Assembly: GCA_020353515.1 (NCBI GenBank)
Contig: CP070695.1
Span: 4,529,414-4,593,413 of the forward strand
DNA from: Candidatus Heimdallarchaeota archaeon
GTDB taxonomy: Archaea > Asgardarchaeota > Heimdallarchaeia > Hodarchaeales > Hodarchaeaceae
Length of the DNA stretch: 64,000 nt
Direction: 5' to 3'
Part shown: positions 59,377 through 64,000 of the stretch, piece by piece
Layout of the letters: each line of letters begins with the position of its first letter
Numbering within the stretch: the stretch's first letter is position 1
The notes under the pieces: model-generated
The model's input: only the letters and a program-made list of their open reading frames with translations
Told to the model about the DNA's origin: nothing
The model's database searches: none
Position numbers and translations under genes: made by a program

Positions 59377-60597
59377 TTGAAAAATATAAGGAAAGATAAG
59401 AAAATGTCTGCAAAAGTTTACTTAGGTTCTCTTCAACATGGAACCAATGCTAAATTTGCCACTTTCGCTGCTAAGGTAGAAAAAATCGTTGAATTACTTG
59501 ATTTTTCAACTATCAAAAAGCAGGATAAGGTTGCTGTTAAGATGCATCTTGGATTTCAAGATGGTTTTCAAACAGTTCCAGTCTTCTTCGTTCGACGTAT
59601 TGTAAAAGCTATTAAAAAGGTTGGAGGCTGGCCTTTCATTACTGATAATCCTACAGCAGTTTACAATGCCGTTGAACGTGGTTATACGCAAGAAACATGT
59701 GGATGTCCTATTATACCTATCAGTGGAGTGAAAGACGGTTATAAAGTAGAAATGCGTGTTGATTACAAAAATGTAGATACAATGGATATGGCTGGAGTGC
59801 TACATGATGCTGATGCCTTGGTAGATTTGAGTCACATTAAGGGACATAATTCATGTGGGTTTGGTGGTGCTATCAAGAACATCGCAGTTGGGGGATACGC
59901 TGCACAAACACGTTGGAACAAGATCCATGGAGTAGAACAATCCATTCCTTATTGGGATCCAGAAAAGTGCTCTCCTGAACATGCGAAGAAGCTAGTACTC
60001 TCGTGTCCATACAAACAAATGAAATATGATGAAGAAAAACACAAACTCACAATTCCCTTTGATATGTGTAACCAATGCGATGAATGTTTAGAAGCAGATA
60101 AAGATGTGGGATGTTTAGAATATAAACAAGAGCATTTCTCGGCTTTCCAAGAATTATTAGCGATTGCAGCCAAAAATGTCTTGGATACATTTGAAGATGA
60201 GAAAAAGTTCTTCATCAGCTTCTTATTAGAAATAACTGCTATGTGCGATTGTTGGGGCTTCGCTCAACCCTGTGTGGTAAATGATATTGGAGTCTTAGGG
60301 AGTAGGGATATCGTGGCGATAGAAACCGCTGCTCTAGATCTCATTGCGCAAGAAGGTCTTATTGAAAAAAATGTTCCCCCTCACTTTAAGCATGCTAATC
60401 TAGACCCAACTGTGAATCTTCATCCGTTCCAACGCTTACATGGCAGATTCAAAAATCCATACTTAGCTGTTGAATTTACGAAAGAGCTTGGATTAGGAAC
60501 ACAAAAGTACGAACTAATAGAAGTCTTATCTCCAGAAGAAACAATGAAAGCAGAACCTCCTAAAGGTATAAGTGAACGTGATCCCTCATTTTATTAG
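59377..60597 (+). CDS. DUF362 family iron-sulfur protein
   Basis: VAVKMHLG, SHIKGH..CGFGGAIKNI, CPY..CNQCDEC, CDC, DIGVLGSRDIVAIE; the likely start is MSAK at 59404. Confidence 0.87.
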   Translation: MKNIRKDKKMSAKVYLGSLQHGTNAKFATFAAKVEKIVELLDFSTIKKQDKVAVKMHLGFQDGFQTVPVFFVRRIVKAIKKVGGWPFITDNPTAVYNAVERGYTQETCGCPIIPISGVKDGYKVEMRVDYKNVDTMDMAGVLHDADALVDLSHIKGHNSCGFGGAIKNIAVGGYAAQTRWNKIHGVEQSIPYWDPEKCSPEHAKKLVLSCPYKQMKYDEEKHKLTIPFDMCNQCDECLEADKDVGCLEYKQEHFSAFQELLAIAAKNVLDTFEDEKKFFISFLLEITAMCDCWGFAQPCVVNDIGVLGSRDIVAIETAALDLIAQEGLIEKNVPPHFKHANLDPTVNLHPFQRLHGRFKNPYLAVEFTKELGLGTQKYELIEVLSPEETMKAEPPKGISERDPSFY

Positions 60598-60735
60598 TTA
60601 TCGATCTGTTTAAAAGAATGTACGAATTTAATCAGAATAATATTGTTTGGAGTGAACCATTCATCAGCCTAAAAAATAAATTCTTTAAAACAACGTAATT
60701 ATCTGTTTCTTAGGTAATAAACTGAGGTAGTAAAG

Positions 60736-61215
60736 ATGAGTGATGTAAGTAGTGGATTAATCAAACTCGCTTATCGAGGTGTAGCTGGGGTTTTCGTCTT
60801 ACTTTTCATGTTTGTATTTGGAGTCGTGGGTATTGCCCTTGGATTTGCTGGTGGTCTTATCACTGCCTTATCCTGGATTCCTTTGGCTTATCCAGAAATA
60901 TTAACACAAGTTCCAGTTATAATGATGGGTGAACAAAGTGTCACAGACCCAGTCATTGCTACATTAATTTTGGTAATCGCAGGTCTTCTTCTTTTAGCCA
61001 TTGGCTTTTTGTTTTTAGCAATAACTTACATGATTGGGAAAGGAGCAATCATTGTGGATAAAGAACTTGCTAGTATTGTAGATAACGCCTTTTCAGGTGC
61101 AGGGAAAGATCGGATAACTCGTTTAGAGCGATTAGCTGCTTTACGTAACAGTGGTGTTCTATCAGAGAAGGAATTTGAACGAGAAAAATCATTGATTCTA
61201 GAACCTGAGGAATAA
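60736..61215 (+). CDS. Membrane protein with a C-terminal SHOCT domain
   Basis: TM helices followed by LERLAALRNSGVLSEKEFEREKSLIL. Confidence 0.85.
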   Translation: MSDVSSGLIKLAYRGVAGVFVLLFMFVFGVVGIALGFAGGLITALSWIPLAYPEILTQVPVIMMGEQSVTDPVIATLILVIAGLLLLAIGFLFLAITYMIGKGAIIVDKELASIVDNAFSGAGKDRITRLERLAALRNSGVLSEKEFEREKSLILEPEE

Positions 61216-61236
61216 AACGAATTCCCCCCCTTTTTT

Positions 61237-61932
61237 TTATATTTTAATTTTCATGGGTTCCTTTATTTTAGGAATTATGACGTTGAGACCAGGCATTTCT
61301 TTTCGTGCTAGAGTCTTAAACTTCTCCATTTGGTCTTGGTTACCATGCATTGTCACTATGACTTTCGGTGTAACGTCCAAAGCCATCTTAAGAGCATTTT
61401 CTGGAGAACAACTAGGTGAGGGAGCACCAGTGGGTAGAAAAGCTAGATCTGCGTGGTATTTTTTCAATGGTATATATCCAGAGTCCCCCCCATGAAAGAT
61501 ACTGAATTCAGGCCATTTCATTTTGAATAAGGTTATTGACCCAGGATGGACTCCACTAACAGAAGAAATCTCAATGCCATCAATTGATAGTTTTTCACCT
61601 TTGATTAAAGATTTCAACTTATCAACAGGAATCTCTTTTTCTAATTCTTTAGCAACCTGGGGATCCGCAATTACCTTAGCACCAGAAACTTTGAAAATAC
61701 TTGCAGTTGTTTCAAGATCAAAATGGTCTCTGTGTCCATGAGTATTTAACTGCAGATCAAGATTTTTTAGAGCTTTTATCTGGTCTTCGCTATCTAAACA
61801 TATTTTACACATATCTATGGCAATAGTATTATCTTTCGTTTTTAGAATAACACCTGAAAAGCCAAAATAAATAAAACCTATTTCATTCTTCTCTATTGGC
61901 AACGAAAATAATTCTGTGATTGGATTAGACAT
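61237..61932 (-). CDS. MBL-fold metallo-hydrolase (UPF0173/UlaG-like)
   Basis: THGHRDH, H, FHGGDS, MH. Confidence 0.85.
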   Translation of the reverse strand: MSNPITELFSLPIEKNEIGFIYFGFSGVILKTKDNTIAIDMCKICLDSEDQIKALKNLDLQLNTHGHRDHFDLETTASIFKVSGAKVIADPQVAKELEKEIPVDKLKSLIKGEKLSIDGIEISSVSGVHPGSITLFKMKWPEFSIFHGGDSGYIPLKKYHADLAFLPTGAPSPSCSPENALKMALDVTPKVIVTMHGNQDQMEKFKTLARKEMPGLNVIIPKIKEPMKIKI

Positions 61933-62011
61933 TTAATCGAACACCTCATAATCCACAGCCTTCTAAACATAATTTCTTTAAAAACTCATAGATCACTAAA
62001 TCAGCTCAATC

Positions 62012-62575
62012 CAAATTGAAACTCTAGACTTAACACTCCTACAAGCTTGTCTAAATTTTCAGAACTTAATATTATCTGATAATCCAATCAAAAAAAATTG
62101 AGTTAGATCCATTACAACATTGTCCCGATCTGAAAAGACTATATTTAAACAGGAACCAAATGGAGACACTCGATCTCCACTACAAGATTGCTCTAATTTT
62201 CAAGAATTATTTTTAAGTGAAAACCAAATTAAAAATATTGATCTAGACCCCCTAAAGGAATGTCCTGATCTCAAACTTCTAATGCTTAATGATAATCAGA
62301 TAGAAAAACTAGATCTCAATCCCATTAAACACTGTCCCAACTTAAGGGAGATAAACCTCTCAAATAACCATTTAAAAGAGATTAGCCTCTCTCCCTTAGA
62401 AACCCATTCCTCGATAGAAGATATAAACTTAGCAAAGAATAATTTGAAGACAATTGATACATCATCGTTGGTAGACTGTCCATCCCTTAGAACAGTAAGG
62501 TTAGAGAAAAACCCATTCGAAAATCGACCGTTTCTCATTGTAAAACAACAGGAATTACCATTCCTTAAACTCTAA
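62012..62575 (+). pseudogene. Leucine-rich repeat gene remnant, 5'-degraded and frameshifted near 62175
   Basis: 22-aa repeats L.L..NQI..LDL.PL..C..L; two more repeats lie upstream in another frame (QIETLDLTLLQACLNFQNLILSDNPIKKIELDPLQHCPDLKRLYLNRNQMETLDL) with no start codon. Confidence 0.8.
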
Positions 62576-62735
62576 AGCGAAAAGTATTACCGACAACAGT
62601 ACTCGCTTCAAGCAAAAATCATTGCTTTATAATGACATTATAGTCGTTTCCTTGATGATAACCCATATAAAGGGGGTACTATATGAAACCTCTCAGAGTA
62701 ATAAGCTGATTTTAATCTGTATTGAGGTTTTAGAA

Positions 62736-63935
62736 ATGACTAGCTCAAAAAAATTCATGGATATTGACATGAAATTTGGTGCACACAATTATCATCCCAT
62801 TCCTGTTGTTGTAGCAAAAGCTCAGGGTGTTTGGGTATACGATCCAGAAGGAAAAAAGTATTTAGACTGCTTGTCTGCTTACTCAGCCGTCAATCAAGGC
62901 CATGTACATCCGAAAGTTGTCAAAGCATTGAAAGATCAACTCGAACGAGTTGCTTTAACCTCTCGCGCTTTTCACAATGATCGGATGGGGCTTTATTTGA
63001 AACATTTACTAGATGTTTGCGGGGAAGGATTTGATATGGCCCTTCCTATGAACACTGGAGCAGAAGCAGTTGAAACTGCCATCAAAATGGTTCGACGCTG
63101 GGGTTATGAGGTTAAAAAGGTTGAACATAACAAAGCAGAGATCATTGTATGTGCCGAAAATTTTCATGGAAGAACAACAACCATTGTAGGATTTTCTACT
63201 GATCCTCTTGCCAATAGAAATTTTGGTCCTTACACTCCTGGGTTCAAAATTATTCCTTTTGATGATCCTGAGGCTTTAGAGAAAGCAATTACTCCAAACA
63301 CAGTAGCTTTCTTAGTAGAACCTATCCAAGGAGAAGCAGGTGTTATTGTACCAACAGATGGATATCTGAAGAAAATACGAGACATTTGTACGAAAAATAA
63401 TATTCTCCTAGTACTTGATGAAATACAGACTGGGTTCGGACGGACTGGAAAGATGTTTTGTCATCAACATGAAGGTATTATTCCTGATGTTATGACTTTA
63501 GGAAAAGCTCTTGGAGGAGGATTGCTCCCAGTTTCTGCTGTTGTTTCTCGAAAAGAGATAATGAAGGTCTTTATTCCTGGATCTCATGGGTCCACGTTTG
63601 GTGGTTTTCCTCTAGCATGTGCAGTTGGAGAAGCTGCACTGGATGTTCTAGTCGAGGAGAAGCTAGCTGAACGATCAGCAGAATTAGGAGCATATTTTCT
63701 CGAAGAGCTGAAAAAAATCAACCATCCACGTATTAAAGAAGTTAGAGGAAAAGGATTATTCACTGCTGTGGAACTCCATGAAAAAGCACGACCACTAACT
63801 GAGAAACTCATTGAAGAAGGTATATTAGCCAAAGAAACTCATGACTTTACTATTCGATTTGCTCCTCCTCTTATTATCACAAAAGAAGAATTGGATTGGG
63901 CGTTAACAATAATTAAAAAAGTTCTTGGATCATGA
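62736..63935 (+). CDS. rocD: Ornithine--oxo-acid aminotransferase
   Basis: [62 protein letters not shown]; ATG at 62736 follows GAGG. Confidence 0.95.
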   Translation: MTSSKKFMDIDMKFGAHNYHPIPVVVAKAQGVWVYDPEGKKYLDCLSAYSAVNQGHVHPKVVKALKDQLERVALTSRAFHNDRMGLYLKHLLDVCGEGFDMALPMNTGAEAVETAIKMVRRWGYEVKKVEHNKAEIIVCAENFHGRTTTIVGFSTDPLANRNFGPYTPGFKIIPFDDPEALEKAITPNTVAFLVEPIQGEAGVIVPTDGYLKKIRDICTKNNILLVLDEIQTGFGRTGKMFCHQHEGIIPDVMTLGKALGGGLLPVSAVVSRKEIMKVFIPGSHGSTFGGFPLACAVGEAALDVLVEEKLAERSAELGAYFLEELKKINHPRIKEVRGKGLFTAVELHEKARPLTEKLIEEGILAKETHDFTIRFAPPLIITKEELDWALTIIKKVLGS

Positions 63936-64000
63936 CACGAATTCTTGGTTTTCATCCCCATATAAGTATTACAAGCAGAAAAATCCCTAAAAGACCTGTG

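Noticed and set aside
62622-62735. N-terminal extension of rocD in the ORF track
   Set aside because: The ATG at 62736 has a GAGG RBS and gives the usual family length.
935-63832. Many short ORFs (60-120 aa) antisense to or nested within long genes, e.g. 935-1174, 8169-8477, 15204-15515, 31239-31556, 50981-51337
   Set aside because: They are shadow ORFs of well-supported genes and carry no motifs.
1-64000. CRISPR array, rRNA, transposase or integrase
   Set aside because: By eye I found no regularly spaced repeats, rRNA-like segment, or recombinase/transposase motifs.

Overview
This is an AT-rich archaeal chromosomal window, most likely from an Asgard archaeon (Heimdallarchaeia/Hodarchaeales-like). 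The assignment rests on a DNA polymerase epsilon-type PolB, a Rab-like small GTPase, a gelsolin-domain protein, a longin/uDENN-TPR protein, a RING-like protein and an intron-containing tRNA. Housekeeping genes include adk, dcd, a class II HMG-CoA reductase, rocD, a MutY-like glycosylase, glycosyltransferases and RNase Z-like and DHH hydrolases. Main observations: (1) the 290-aa 'hypothetical' at 20457-21329 aligns by eye, end to end, with the kinetochore protein CENP-N/Chl4 and lies between the Rab-like GTPase and a Site-1-protease-like subtilase; (2) two membrane-anchored subtilases have SKI-1/S1P (MBTPS1)-like architecture; (3) a three-gene cluster combines longin, alpha-SNAP/TPR and Ig-like (possibly mu-homology) domains; (4) four amino-DNA methyltransferases with no visible nuclease lie next to Pol epsilon, three of them downstream of a PIP-box MutY; (5) tRNA-Cys has a non-canonical D-arm intron and is followed by a PIN-TPR protein; (6) three genes appear frameshifted. 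All homology calls were made by motif inspection against remembered family sequences; no database search was run.
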